Assembly (NCBI RefSeq): GCF_032191835.1
Contig: NC_083229.1
Span: 43,524,001-43,588,000, forward strand
DNA length: 64,000 nucleotides
Source of the DNA: Heteronotia binoei
Taxonomy: Eukaryota
Direction of reading: 5' to 3'
This document shows, piece after piece, positions 34,403 through 48,013 of this stretch (within the stretch, counting starts at the first letter, position 1; each line of letters begins with the position of its first letter). The notes under the pieces are model-generated. The model saw only the letters and a program-made list of their open reading frames with translations. It was not told the origin of the DNA and searched no databases. Made by a program: the position numbers and the translations under genes.

Positions 34403-36019
34403 TGTTCCATATCCAGGTAGTAAGGTGGCAAGTCTACCTTTTTCTGTCACAAAGCAAGGTTACATTTGCTATGTCCATGTCATAGCTTAGCTAGCTTAGA
34501 CAAGACACTGGAGATCTATGATTTGAGTGGCCTTCCTCTTCTATAAACAATAACCATTGGAGGGGATTTGTGCAGGTACCACAGCACTGGACAAAGAGAG
34601 GGCTAAAATCCATATACTCTTATTTCCCTTTGTGTGCAAATTACAAAATTGGCACTACTATTTGTAGAGAGTGTGTCAGGTGATGGGCTTGGGGGACAAA
34701 AAGGTTATCCCATTCCCAACAAGCTTTGCGATTCCAATACAAATACCACCTTCTGTAGCTACTCTTTTTGGAGGTGTAAGGAGATGGAAGTTCTGATCTG
34801 CTTAGGCCCTTAGAAATTTTGAGTAAATGACGAGGGCTCTGACGAATAAAGCTGTGTGTAACGGGAATATTTTTTGAGATACACTTTTGATTTTTCTAAA
34901 CATGAAGCAAAGAATAGAATGTTTTGCAAAAACATGGTTCTGCCCTTATTGTCCCTTGCGTCATTCATTCCTGACCATGTAGGGAAAAACCTACCCATAG
35001 TTTGGTTGAATCTAGGCTACATGGCAGAGGAGGTTCTGTTTGTTCTATCCTATTTTGGTGATTGGCACTGAGAAATAGCTATAAATCTTTATAAACATTA
35101 GTGTCAAGAGCATGAATCAAACTTATTATCCCAAAGGTGCTGAAAGTCCTTGAAGCTTGTAAAACTGAAGCTTACTGGAAATGGCTAGAAGGCAGGAATA
35201 AAAGTCCTATTTCTATTAACTTTTATAGCTGCCTGCAGATTGTCAAGTAATATATTTACCTACCTATCATTCACTTCAGGCCATTGGCAAATCTTGGTTT
35301 ATGCTGTTTGAAAAGATGTTAAGTTTTATAAAGATTGGCAGGATCATTCACTTACCCAAGAGTATATCTTCCTCTTTGTACCTCCCAATAAATTACTCTG
35401 AGATGTTGCTAACTTGACACTGGAGCCTTTCCAAATGCATATTTTACTATGTCAATGTCCCAGAATTCCTTTCAAGCTTTAACTGGCCTTTCTACCCAAC
35501 TGAGAACCTGCCTTGCTTGACTAAGCTCATAGTCTTCAGCATCACTCAAAAATGGCCAGGGTTTTGTGAAGTGAGAAAACAAGGGAGTAAAGTGAAGAAC
35601 ACCCAGTGTAACACCTGCCCTGCCAAAACTTTGTGGAGGAGCCAGGGCCGGGTCCTTCCTCTCCACAACCAACCTTTCCTTCACATCACTACAGAGTCTG
35701 CAGTATCTTTCTGTTCATGCCACAAAATTGCCAGTTTTAAGTAGAAGGGTTTTGTTGGGTCTCCTGCAATGTTCCCTCTAATCTGCGGAGTCTTGTGAGC
35801 CAAAAGACCTACTAGGATTAAAGCTGTGAACAAGCTTACATTTTTAGAAATAAATAATTTTCACAATCTGTGATTAGTTTAATGCACAACATGAATTGTG
35901 CATATGTGTGGGGTAGGTGAAGGCAGGCAGTGGGTCCAAATTATCTGTACCTTTGATCACATCTTAAATTGAGAGCTAGTGATGGGTTGGTACCAAGGGT
36001 AATAGCAGCAGCCATAATG

Positions 36020-36425
36020 ACATCTACATCTCGGCTTGACTTCGCGGACGAAGATTTAAGAAAGGTGCAATAGTCCACATCTGCTGCAGGCTCGCTGGTG
36101 GCTGACAAGACCAAGGCAGGTCCAGCCACAGTGGCTGCAGGGAAAAGTCTGATTTGGGGTTGGTGCTGTAGCAGTACGATTCTTCCTCAATCTCCTTTTG
36201 TCCTCAATACCAGCTATGCGTGCGTTCTCAAAGGAAGAGACAGCCTGGTGGATGGTGTGCCTCCATGCTTTGCGATCTGAGGCTAGGTCAGACCACTGGT
36301 GATAGTTAATGCAACAGGTGCCAAGGGATTTCTTCAAGGAGTCCTTGTACCTCTTCTTTGGTGTCCCTCTATTTTGATGGCCGGTGGAAAGTTCGCCATA
36401 CAGGGCATCTACATAGGACATTCAC
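36020..36425 (-). mobile_element. RTE-clade LINE 3' fragment (ORF2 C-terminus)
   Basis: LYGELSTG..NRGTPKKRYKDSLKKSL...LASDRKAWR...FPCSHCG..C..LVSHQRAC. Confidence 0.85.
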
Positions 36426-36713
36426 ATAGGAAAACAGGAATTAAATTCCTCCTGACTCACCTTGCAGGGTTGTAGTCAGCTTAAAATGGGATGATTTGCA
36501 CTCTTTACAGGAAAGCAGAAGATGCAAACCTGAGAGTCCAAGGGCAGGAAGAGACATAAGCAACAGTAAAACCAAGAGAATCAAAAGGCTCCCTGGCTAT
36601 TAATTACCCAAGCACATTCAAATTGCTTCCTGGAAGCTTCAGGGCAGTCATTTAAAGCTGACTCAAGTGTCAGAAGGTCCTCCGAATGTACCAAATCTCC
36701 TGTTATGGCTGCT

Positions 36714-36952
36714 CAGAGTCTGGTGTAGTGGTTAAGTATGCAGACTCTTACCTGGGAGAAGCGGATTTGATTCCCCACTCCTCCACTTGCAGCTGCTGAA
36801 ATGGCCTTGGGTCAGCCATAGCTCTGACAGAGGCTGTCCTTGAAAGAGCAGTTACTGTGAGAGCTCTCTCAGCCCCACCTACCTCACAGGGTGTTGTGGG
36901 GGAGGAAGATAAAGAGTGAAGGGCTGGGGTATAAATCCAATATCATTATCAT
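36714..36952 (+). mobile_element. Squam3-like SINE
   Basis: tggtgtagtggttaag...ggatttgattccccactcctcc...tataaatccaatatc. Confidence 0.85.
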
Positions 36953-38829
36953 AGAGAGATTCTTGAGCAACTAGGAGACAGCACTTTTAAGTTCATTGCT
37001 CTGCCCTTTCCAACAGCATATTTATTCTCTCTCCAAAGGTTTTCAGAAAGCCACATACTCTTTTCTAACCTCTTCAGTGTCAGTTCCTGTCTCCAAACTC
37101 AGAGAAATCCAAACCCCCTCATTTTTTGTAGAATGACACCCCACACACACCTGGCTGTTGCACATCCTACATGAAGCAGGGTGATTTAGCAAACACAAAC
37201 CAATATTCTTGGTTTGTATGCACCTATTCACACAGCAGAACCAGAGCTTCCAATTTTAGCACTGGGGCTATTTTAGCAAGGGAGAGAGGAGGTAGAAAGA
37301 AAGCAAGGGAGAGAGGGAGAGGGGGAAAGATAGGGAGAGAGGAGTGAAAGAAAGGGCCCCTGCAACCCACACATGCAGGTTTTTATTATTATTTTTTTAA
37401 TGGTGGAAGCTGTTTTGCAAACCACCCTTCCTTTTGATGGTGAGAAACCAAGATGTAAATATTTAAATAAATGAACACAAAAGCACACATCTGAATGGAA
37501 ACCTATTCACTGTTTTATTAATAAGAGGTGTGATTAGCTATTGATTATATGACCCTTCATTGCAACAATAAGTCTGTGTAGGGCCACATTATAGATTGAG
37601 CCGATATTTTCAGAGACAGACTAATACAGAGCCATTCAGTTACTTCAGGCCCATTTTCTGCGTCACAGGCCCAGCTCCTAATGCAGGGATGAGCAACCAG
37701 CTATCTGTCCTGGAATCTATATGATCCAGTTCTGAAGAACTCTTGAAGAGACTGCTTTTGAAATATATTTCAGTATACTTGTAGCAGGAAAATAACGAAG
37801 CCCCACACAAGTAGAACTTGTCGGCATAAGCCCAAAATGACTAAGTTAAAATCATTAGCCTTCTGACCGTTTTTATTCACAACTCAAAACAAGCAGACAA
37901 GCCCACAGCCTTATATATTCAAATACCCCACCTCCTGCTTTCCTTCCAGTAATTTCTTGTAGTTTTCCACTGCTCTGTCCCTCTGTGTTATCAGCAAGAA
38001 GCTCCTTCTCTGCGAGGCCCATCTGTTATCTATTTTACAACCTTGGATTTCACCCTTAGCCTGTCTGGTTTTAAAAGTTACATCTGCTTCAAATATTGCA
38101 TCAGACATTCTATACTGAAGGCACAAAAACCATATTTTCATTTATTATTATAGGGGTGTTCATAATTATTCTGGGATCCCTCTTCATTCCCCCCTTTCAG
38201 TCTTCTGAAAGTTTTTTTTTATTATTTTAAAATCTGAAGGAGACTGACCATCATCATCATTAAACAAATCAATTCTGTACGCCCACTCAAGAAGGGCAGC
38301 TAGGTGACAATTTGGTTTTCGGCATTCCCAAGAAAGACTGAAATAACACTACAATGGGGTAATGATATAGTATATTGACGGAGATGGGGTATAGATGGGT
38401 CACGGGAGGAGAGAGACAGTGATGGGATTATCCATTCACACTGGCACATCCCAGTATTTTCCATCTAGAGAAGGTGTGTGTGTGTGTGTGTGTGGAAGAA
38501 GGTCACTCAGAGGCATGCCTTGGCTATGCAGCCCAGCCTTCCAATATAGAGTTTTCCTGGTCTCCATTATGGGGCCTTTCTGGGCACACAGACTAGCTTG
38601 AGAGGCACCCCCCCCCTTGTCTTTTAAGGCTACCCTCTTTATTTGGCAGCACTCTGGTATCAATTCCTCCTCTTTGGCGCTGTCCAGTCCTTGGAGGGTG
38701 TGTGCCACATTTCATGGTGTACTGCTGATCGGACTTCAAACAACCAGGGTTGTGACACAGTTGGGACAAAGAGAAAGGTTTAGGAATGTCAACTACCAAA
38801 AATAGGCTATGCCTGAGTTAAAAAAAAAA

Positions 38830-41420
38830 TCCATTCATGGTATATGCATTGAATAATTACACATGTCCAGTCTAAATTTGTGAATATAGATCTTGGAAGG
38901 ATCCTAGAGAACTTATTTCTTTATCAATAAGGCATTACTAGTTATGATGCAAGAATACAAGAACTCATCTCATTTTCTAAAACACATAAGGGACATATGC
39001 AAGTGACATGCTACAAACTGAATCAACTCATGTGCCTTTATGGCAGACACCTTGTATCCTAGGTGATTAAGATACACACATTCAGACATACTTGGAAACA
39101 TTGGCAGCCGTGGGCAGTCCATACCTGGCCACATTATTACAATACAAAAACCATTTCCTGACTAATTCTTTGTTTCCCTTCTCCGTTAGTCTAACAAAAG
39201 GTCTTCTTTCTTGAGTTCATGGACAACTCTATACATGACAATCTATACATGACAATCTTTTCACGGGGAAATCTGTTTCTATTGCAGCCAAAAGGAATTC
39301 CTTTTCCTGGAAGCACAACTTGGAAGTGGCAGTGGGCTGCTGTTATGATCAGCTAGGGCAACCAGCCTTTTGCTAGGCAGAGGAATTTCCCTGGAAATAA
39401 GTTTTCTCCACAACTCAATTTGAATAGGGTTCTCTGGGAGGCCTTCCTTCCAACATCAATGAGGCATAACCAGGCAAATTTCAGGACCTCTAGGTAGATA
39501 TGGAAGAGCCTGGAAAACATACTTGAAGAAACAAACAAATAAAACAGCAATAATAGGTGCTTTTTCCCTTTAAAGCTTTCCTTGGCTGTCCACAAATTAC
39601 CATAACTTGAGTCCAACCCTTTTGAGATAGGGTTGCATACATTAGCTAAATTACCATACTTGCTTTGGACAGGAAACTTCCTCCTTCTCACATGGTGTTT
39701 CAGTTTGACAAGGCCTCTACCCCTTCCAATGTTAAAGGACAGATTCATTCACCATACATTATACAAAACACAAATTCACAATATAAACCTATGCATCACT
39801 TCTCATGATTCAGGCTAGTGCATTTCCATATAGAAAATGAGCACCTAGTGGTTCATGAGAAGCCTTTTATTTTTGTTGCAACAGATATGAATCTTAAACA
39901 TGAAAACATGAAATTGTGCACAAAATTTGGAGCTCCAAAAAGAGATTACCAGAGTTGAAGTTACCCCTGGATTATGAAAATGATCACAAAAAGGGAAGAA
40001 AAACTTCAAAAACAAACACAAAACAAAACTGAGGCCTCAACAGAACAATGCCAGCTTTAACATACATGTATGCGACGGATCAGACCCAAAATGACTAGAG
40101 AAATGGATTAGAGAATTTAAACCATTGGACATCAGTGGGGTGTTCAAGTCCCACTGAACCCCATCTTCCTCCGTGTCAGCTCATCCAAAATTTGTTCTGT
40201 GGGTCTCACATAGGTGTGAGAGTGGGTTTCAACAAACTTTAACAACAAAAATCCTAAAAAGCAAATAATAGTTAATCCTTAAACAAACAATTCTTAGCAG
40301 ACATACCAGTAATTCTTAAAATTACTATATAATAATGAGCATGCTCTAAACTTGATTGCAGATCCTAATTTTCTTCATATATATAACAAAACAATCCTGG
40401 AAGGCAAATTCTGGTTAATACACCTTGACAAAGAAGGTTGAAATAACAGAGGGGGAGGAACTTAAAACAATTAAATGGAAATGTGTTATCCAGTAGCAAG
40501 CCTGGCCAGGACTGAACAAAACACTCAGAAAAGTCATGCTCTAACAAAATGATATAGTCGGAGGCATAAAATATGATAGATGAGCATATAGATGCCTCTT
40601 TCCACAAGTAAGAGGTTCACACTATATCTGAATAGGAAGATTGATATGCACAGTTCATAGATGGATCATAACTATAAATGACATCAAGAGAACAAATGAA
40701 GATTGTTTCTTTTGAGGAATGCAGAACAGTATTAAAGTCCAGATTTCCAATGAAGACCAAGAGTTTTCAGGAATCCTGCCTACTAAATTACTAACAAATC
40801 TAGAAAGGGTATTTCCATAGGAAACATAACACTGAGAATAATTGGCTCGCTGGTAAAGCAAAGTATTAGTTTCTCAAGACTTAAGAGAGAAGATGTGCAG
40901 TGAGAGGGCAGTTCCACCCAAGGAAGGGCACAGATGTTTCTCTATAACATGTTATAACTTCAAATGGAAAGAGGTCTTGTAGAAACCAAAATTTATGAGG
41001 CAGACCTTCAAAACACTGCTCTAAACAAAAACTCAGTACCTACCATTCAAAAGGAACCCTCAGATTCAAATGAATGAAAAATTGGAAAGCAACCCAAAGA
41101 AAGACAGAAAAACTGCCAGATGCAACACCTGAAGACCACATGTTTCTGGTATGAGATGTTCTTAACAAAAATCCCAAAAGAATAAAATTTCCAAAAGGTT
41201 GGATACTGTATTTAGCAGAATAGATGCTCCATATAAACCCAAGATTACAAATATAAACTTCCACCCCATTGTCCCAGATCAAAAAACTTAACAAAAGATC
41301 TGTTAGGTGCACCATTTCTTTAAAACAAAGGAGATCACAAGCTAAATATTTTATAAATATTCCTCTTAAAATTAAAGTTACATAATCTAAGTACAAGGGA
41401 AACTGATAATGGTCACTAGA
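38830..41420 (-). mobile_element. highly decayed L1/Tx1-like LINE ORF2 remnant
   Basis: Minus-strand fragments resemble the endonuclease region (...IWSIYSA) and the RT region (LCLAKGWLP, near RQGCPLSP). A-rich composition. Boundaries approximate. Confidence 0.5.
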
Positions 41421-42265
41421 AGAATATTCTCAGACTCAAAAAGCAAAAAGAAATAAATTATCAGAGGAATAGCTTCTAATTCAGCAGAACTCTTAGCCTC
41501 ACAGCATTTTACAGGCAGGGTCTTTTCTCTAGCAGAGAAAGATTAGCTGTAAGTGGAATTTTGGGATGCCAGCTGGAGATTTCTGAATCTCTGAATCAAA
41601 TTTGAAGATTACAAGACATGCAGTTCACCCTCCTGGACACTAGCCTTAATGTTCTGGGCATTACATTATATTTTTGGGAGTGATCTCCAGGTTCTACCTG
41701 GAGACTGGCAAACTTGCAAACAGTAGTGTTTTGAGCAAGCCAAGGAGCTTTTAAACTGACTTGCTTTTTTTTTTAACATATACACATCTTCCTTCCAGGC
41801 ATAGAGAACTATTCATTTTGTTTATGGAGACATCCTTGCATAATTTCAAAAGTTTGAATTTGTATCCTTAGACCCCAAATCAGGAGAATATGAGAATTCA
41901 GAAAAAATATGAATTCTCAATTGTGTCTCCCCCCTTTGATACCATGGGTCATATATACAAACACAAGATGGGGGAAGGTGATGAGATAACTGCCTGGTGG
42001 GGGTTCAGATTTTACACTTCATATTTCTACAATTAAGACTAAATTTGGCTAAGTGCCTTTTCTTAACAGCTAAAGATTGTCTGCAAAAGTTTTCCTAGCC
42101 AAAATCCAGTTAAAGTTGCTAGGACATAAATTCCTTGCAAAAGAGAAAACTTTGACTCTTTGCAAAGATGCTGGCAATTTACTTTTCCTTTCTGGTTCTG
42201 TTAAAGATTTCAGATTGAGTAAAGAGAAGAGGATTAGCATTCCTGCCTTGTGGGGGAAGGGGCAG

Positions 42266-42553
42266 GAAGGGAAAAGTCCCCTGTGCAAGCACCAGTTGTT
42301 GCCAACTCTGGGGTGACATTGCTTTCACAACTTCACATTTTTATGGCAGACTTTTTACGGGGTGGTTTGCCACTGTCTTCCCCAGTCATCTACACTTTCC
42401 CCCAGCAAAGCTGTGTACTCATTTTACCAACCTCAGAAGGATGAAAGACTGAGTCAACATGGAGCCGACTACCTGAAAACCCTGCTTCCACTGGGGATAG
42501 AACTCAGGTCGTGAGCAGAGTTTAGGACTGAAATACTGCAGCTCTAACACTAT
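42266..42553 (-). mobile_element. Sauria-type SINE
   Basis: Same family as 7327-7606. Confidence 0.85.
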
Positions 42554-43219
42554 GGGCTTTTTCACACAGTCTATGTATTCCGGTATGGAAGCTGGTCAGT
42601 TACTGAACAGTAACGGGTTTCTGCTGGCATTTCAGACAGACCCAATTCAGTAACTGGCTGCTACCGGAATACTCTCACCTTTCCACACACTCCCGCGGCT
42701 GTCCTGGTAGTGAGGCGTGCCTGAGTCGTTACAAACAAAGAGCAGCTTCTTCCACTTTTCAACCCCTCCTTCCAGGTTGAAATCGCTATGGGGTGCTGTG
42801 TGAAATGTCCAGTATCTAACCCGGGAGCAGTTTTCGCACCCTTTTTCGCCCGCCGGCGCGCGCGATCTCCGGCTTTTTTGGGGGGAACGTCGGGCTAAGA
42901 TCACTATAGTGACGTATCACAACAGCATCACCATAGGGATGCCTGGGCTCCATTAAGATGCCAGATATCACCACCGCTGAAACCTGGTAACTTATCTCAA
43001 TAGAGCCTAGCCATCTCTATGGTGTTGCTGTTGTGATACGTCGCTATAGCGATCTTAGCCCGACGTTCCCAAAAAAAAAAAAAATAAGCTGGAGATCGCG
43101 AGCCGGCAGGCAAAAACGGCTGGCACTGGTGGAAGCGAGATAAGAGCGGAACAGTGTGAAATGGCTCGCTTCAATCACGGAACCCTACCGGGAAAAAAAA
43201 CATGTGTCTGAAAACTCCC
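42554..43219. mobile_element. non-autonomous DNA element (Harbinger-like ends) with a long internal hairpin
   Basis: Ends gggctttttcacaca / tgtgtctgaaaactccc. Internal inverted arms 42842-42964 and 42984-43116. CpG-rich. TSD not resolved. Confidence 0.55.
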
Positions 43220-46200
43220 ATCCCTGTCTCGGATTACTGCAAGCGGTACAATACCGACTCCCTTCCGGTTTCCACTGGTAAGTGTGAAAAGGGCCTATGT
43301 GCCATAGTGTTCTTGTGGGGGAAGGGCAAGGGGACTGCAAATTTGCAATCTTTAATTTCCCTAAACCAGGCTCCAATTTGGGGCTGATTTAGGCACACTC
43401 TGTACATGCTCAGAGGCCTTTCCTTGAGCCTGAAATTTATAGAACTAAAGCAGTAAATATTTAACAAAACTAGTTTAATCTCTCTTTCTCAGAGGTATTT
43501 GGTTCTGGCATTTTAAAGGTGAAAATAAAGGTACAACTCTCTAAATCTCTCTCTCAATCATGACAATAAATTGTATTTATTTAATTTGCATCCTGACTGC
43601 ATTTTAAAGGAGCTGAACCTAAGTTCTTTTGGGCTAACTGTAATGCAGCAGCCATGCACCAACTGAATTTTAGTGCTAAGATAGCTGAATAGCCTTAACT
43701 GGATATACCATGAGGGTCTGGGAGGCATAAAAATAATATAATAAGTACATTTCTTTGCCTAGCCTAACCTAGACTAGAGCCTATTATGCTGAACAGCCTC
43801 CTGATGTAATTCCATTCGGGGAAACCCTTGGATTCCATCTGGACACTTGAACTCTGTATGATAATATCTAGCTCTCTGAATTTGTACCCAGTTAGCTAGT
43901 TACATTGAACAACTCACTAAAACCAGTGCTTTCAGCGCCACCACAATCTGAGCCAAACTTATCCACTAGCCTTTGGGAACACCTGCTATCAATTTGTGAA
44001 AACTGACTTGGGGAATCCATTGCTGCAGTGGTGTGGCTTAGTTTTCTCTAGAGTTTTCCTAATAGGCAGAGGCTTGACTAGGGCCTCTGTGCTAAAGGAT
44101 TTATCCAGTCTGGTGGCAACCTACCTTCCTGGTGTTTCTGGGGGAAATACCAGACTTTGGACCTGTGTTGGACTATCAGTTGGCAAGTCTGCTGACCCAC
44201 CTTGGCCAGACAGGTGGCAGACTTTGTCACACCAACAGAGATCTCATCTTTTGGGCAAGGCCACATTCTCTGCAGTTAGTTTTATTTTCTGAATGGGGTT
44301 GCCATATCCAGACAGGACAGGTTGCTAGAGATCTAAAAGTCTAAAGAAAGATGATATCTCAAGGGAACCAGGCTCTGAGCTCTCACACCAAACTTCCATT
44401 ACCCTGCAGAGAAAACTAAGTCTGCAGCCTGGAACTTTGTGCTGTGATTCCAGGAGATCTCCAGGCCTCCCCCTGAGAACTGGCCTCATCTAATTTTAGT
44501 CCAAGTCATTGCTCTTCTGTTCTTTATTTTATTAAGGAGAGAGAGGTCTTTGTTACCTTACAAAGCCAGGTCTCTCCATTCTAAAAGACATTCAAATCCA
44601 AAAGTTAGATTTTTCTTGAAGGGGAGGTTTAGGGACAAAGGAGCCTTGCCTAACCACATGGAACTACCATTCTCTAACATTTCCCAGAATTCTGGCTTCT
44701 AAGTTCCCCATGGCACCAAACATTTAGACAAGACACTTCTAGGGAAAACAGAAGAAAAAGAATAAGACATTAGATTTATATTCTACCCTTCACTCAAGTT
44801 ACAGCTGCTTCAAATATTGCATCAGACATTCTCTTCTGAAGGCACAAAAACCATAGTTTCATTTATTATTATAGGGATGTTCATAATTATTCAGGGGTCC
44901 CTCTTCATACTCAAGGGCTTTTGAATGCATTCTGACAAATTCTAGCACTCACTGGTATTTTACAAGACTTACAGTATGTCATAACTTTGTGAACTGCTTT
45001 GGATTTTATTACTCTCATAAGTTACACAGGTAACCACTCTGTATTTCTAGTAAACATTTTTATTGTTCTGTTTCATAGAAAGGTGCTGTTGGGAATAGGC
45101 TGCCAGATGAAAAGTATTATGTGACTGCAAGGCAGTTTTCAAGTCAAATTTATTTATTTACTTAAAACATTTTTGTGCCACCTTTCCACTCTATCAGGGG
45201 TCTCCAGGGTGGTGGACATGAAAATGTTTGAACAATTGAAACCAGTGTTCAAAATTACAAAACAATTCAATACACACAGACATACAGTACCAAAACTGTG
45301 GAGGAGGGCCATTAACCATTAGTGGGGGGTATGCCCAATGAAACACAAAAGTCTTCACCCACTGGCAATAGACACTGATAGAAGGACACAGACAAATGTT
45401 CCTGGGGAAGGAGTTCCAAATTAAGTTTCCTGAGAAAATTGCAGTGCAATCCAGTACATCCTTCTATATCCATTGAAATCAGTGTTGACTACCTCGCCCA
45501 CTGAGATGGAACTGTGGCACAGTAATAAAATACATACTTTGCTTTCTCAGTCTTCTGTTCTTTCCAGTGAGAGTGATGGGATTAAGGTGGGCTATGCCTG
45601 ATTCTGTTCTCTCTCTGCTGGCTCTTGGACTTTGTCTTGGGGGGTGTTCTGATGCTCATGTCTGGGCATCATGTGAGAAAGAGAAACCGCTATTGGCACA
45701 AATATGGAGGAATATGCCAAAATAGTCCTCCCACAGTGTTTCAGAATGTAGATGTAAAACTGTTTCCTTCAATATTAAAGTAGGCTAGCGTATTGGTCAA
45801 AATAGTTTTGCAAATACTTTTATAAGTACTGTCAGAAGCCCATTTTAAAAAGCTTTATCTTGAACAAGATTATTTGATTTGCTATTTAGTTGCAGGGCTA
45901 AAAGGAGAGAACAATATGGAATCCAGCTGAATTGACTTTATCAGGAGTGTGATACTTGCAGCCCTGTTGTGGGATGTCACTAGCTCTGGGCACTTTCACA
46001 TACACTAAACAACACACTTCCAATCCACTTTGCAATTGGAGTTTATGGTGTGAAATGGCAAACTGCACTTGCAAACAGTTGCTGAGGTGGATTGAAACTG
46101 CATTATTTGGCATGTATGAAAGCACCCAAAGTCTTTGATCTGGCTAAGACTGCTTGCATTTTGTTCCCACTTTCTTTTGCAGACACTGCAGGGAAACTGG

Positions 46201-46506
46201 GTGTATCAAGCCAGGACCAAAGGATTAGTCGCTGTTCCACCTTAGTTCAAATGCATTAGACTGAGGAAATAATTCTGTAACAGGAAGACTTGAGTTCTGG
46301 GGATGGCCTGTGCTTGCCCAGAAGTAACTCATCATTGACAGTTAAGCTAACTTGCAGGCTGTATTAGGAGTTAGGTTAGTATTTTTCCCCATGTGAATAG
46401 CTTACTTATGGATGCTTTTTCTTTAACTACTCTTTCAACTAGAAAATTTTCCACAATTCACATGCATTCCCCCCAATGCAATTTACTCTTCATTCTTTCT
46501 TCACAG

Positions 46507-46655
46507 CCGAACTGCCACCTCCATATACCGCCATTGCCAGTCCAGATGCCAGTGGTGTTCCTGTAATCAATTGCCGTGTGTGCCATTCGCTAATCAACTT
46601 GGAAGGGAAGCTTCACCAGCATGTTGTCAAATGCACAGATTGCAACGAAGCTACG
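46507..46655 (+). CDS. PIP4P2: PIP4P2 coding exon 2
   Basis: tcacag acceptor; AELPPPYTAIASPDASGVPVINCRVCHSLINLEGKLHQHVVKCTDCNEAT; gtaaat donor; 149 nt. Confidence 0.97.
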
Positions 46656-47194
46656 GTAAATGGTTTTATAGGCTGTCTGCTTGGTGACATGCTTTAAGTC
46701 CTTTCTCTCTGGAGAGTGGTAAGGTGCTCAATAGAGGAAGATTACTGTGGCAAGAAAATCCACTGGTAAATTTGTGACTGAAAACAGATAACCATTTAGT
46801 GTTGATAGTTGTTTAGGCTTCCACACTTAAAGTATTTTCAGATGCCAGAAACTGGTTTTGGGAAAGACACTGGAGAGCTACTGCCAGTCAGTATTTATTA
46901 TTCATTTATAAATAAAAGTATTTATATTCTACTTTTCCTTGTAGCTCACCAATCGTAATTAAAACCACTCCCATTTTAAATAAAACTCCAAATAACCCAG
47001 AAGATACCTACAGTTTATACCCCATTAAAAGCCCCAGTAACTGCAATTGTCTTGCAGTGTCTTCTTAAAAATATCTCAACAGTTCCCTTCCCTACCCTTA
47101 CAGAATTTGTTGGAACAACAGTCTGACTCAGCACAAGGTACTTCATATGTTGTAAAGAGAATTCAAGATGAGATGAACAGAAGTGATTCTTCTA

Positions 47195-47316
47195 TCTATC
47201 TCTACACAACACCTCTGGCTACATGGGTGATCTCCCATCTAAGTACTAACTGGGACCAACCCTGCTTGGCTTCTGAATTTGACAAAATTTGGTTAACCTG
47301 GGTAATCCAGGCTCTT
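47195..47316 (-). mobile_element. 5S rRNA-derived SINE head / 5S pseudogene
   Basis: The reverse complement contains cagaagccaagcagggttggtcccagttagtacttagatgggaga (5S A/IE/C box region, diverged). Confidence 0.65.
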
Positions 47317-47906
47317 ACAGTTGTATGTGTGTGGGAAAATAGTGAAAATCACTACGCTTGTGTTCAGCTCCCTACCTCACAAAATATTTTTTTTAAGATC
47401 TGAAGAGCTTGAGCTAGTATTACGGGGTAGATGCATAAAAGGGCTTTGGAGAGCAGAGAGAAAAAATAATTCAGGGTAGATAAAAGTCTGTTTGACATCA
47501 ATGTTTTAATAGGAAATTAATTTTGAAAGGGAAAATGTACGGTAAGTAAAATACTTCCAGTATATTTGAGGTAAAGAAATGATGGTTAGTTTTGGTTGTT
47601 TCATAGAACATATGATCCTTGATGATCACATTTATTTATTCATTTTAAATTATTTTATCTGTCAGTCAAAGGCTTTCCAGACAGCTAATATTGACTCTTA
47701 GCATGGCAAAAAGCATTAAAGTTGAAAGAAAAACTAATAGTAAAGCTGGATAAAAATGTAGTTGTAAAACCACTCAAGCATGTCCTGTCTACAGCCTTGA
47801 GTTGCTTTATCATTTTATCTGCTTCATTGTTCAAATACTTCAGAATTTTTATTCTTTTACCAACAGTACAATTATATATGAAATTTGTTTTTCTTGTTTT
47901 ATGCAG

Positions 47907-48013
47907 CCAATCAAAAACCCTCCTTCAGGGAAAAAGTACGTTAGATGCCCATGTAATTGTCTTCTTATCTGTAAGGATACATCACGGAGAATAGGATGTC
48001 CAAGACCCAACTG
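47907..48013 (+). CDS. PIP4P2: PIP4P2 coding exon 3 (CX5R catalytic motif CKDTSRR)
   Basis: [35 protein letters not shown]; 107 nt; canonical splice sites. Confidence 0.97.

Noticed and set aside
47195-47316. 5S rRNA gene
   Set aside because: Too diverged and partial; treated as a 5S-derived SINE head or pseudogene.
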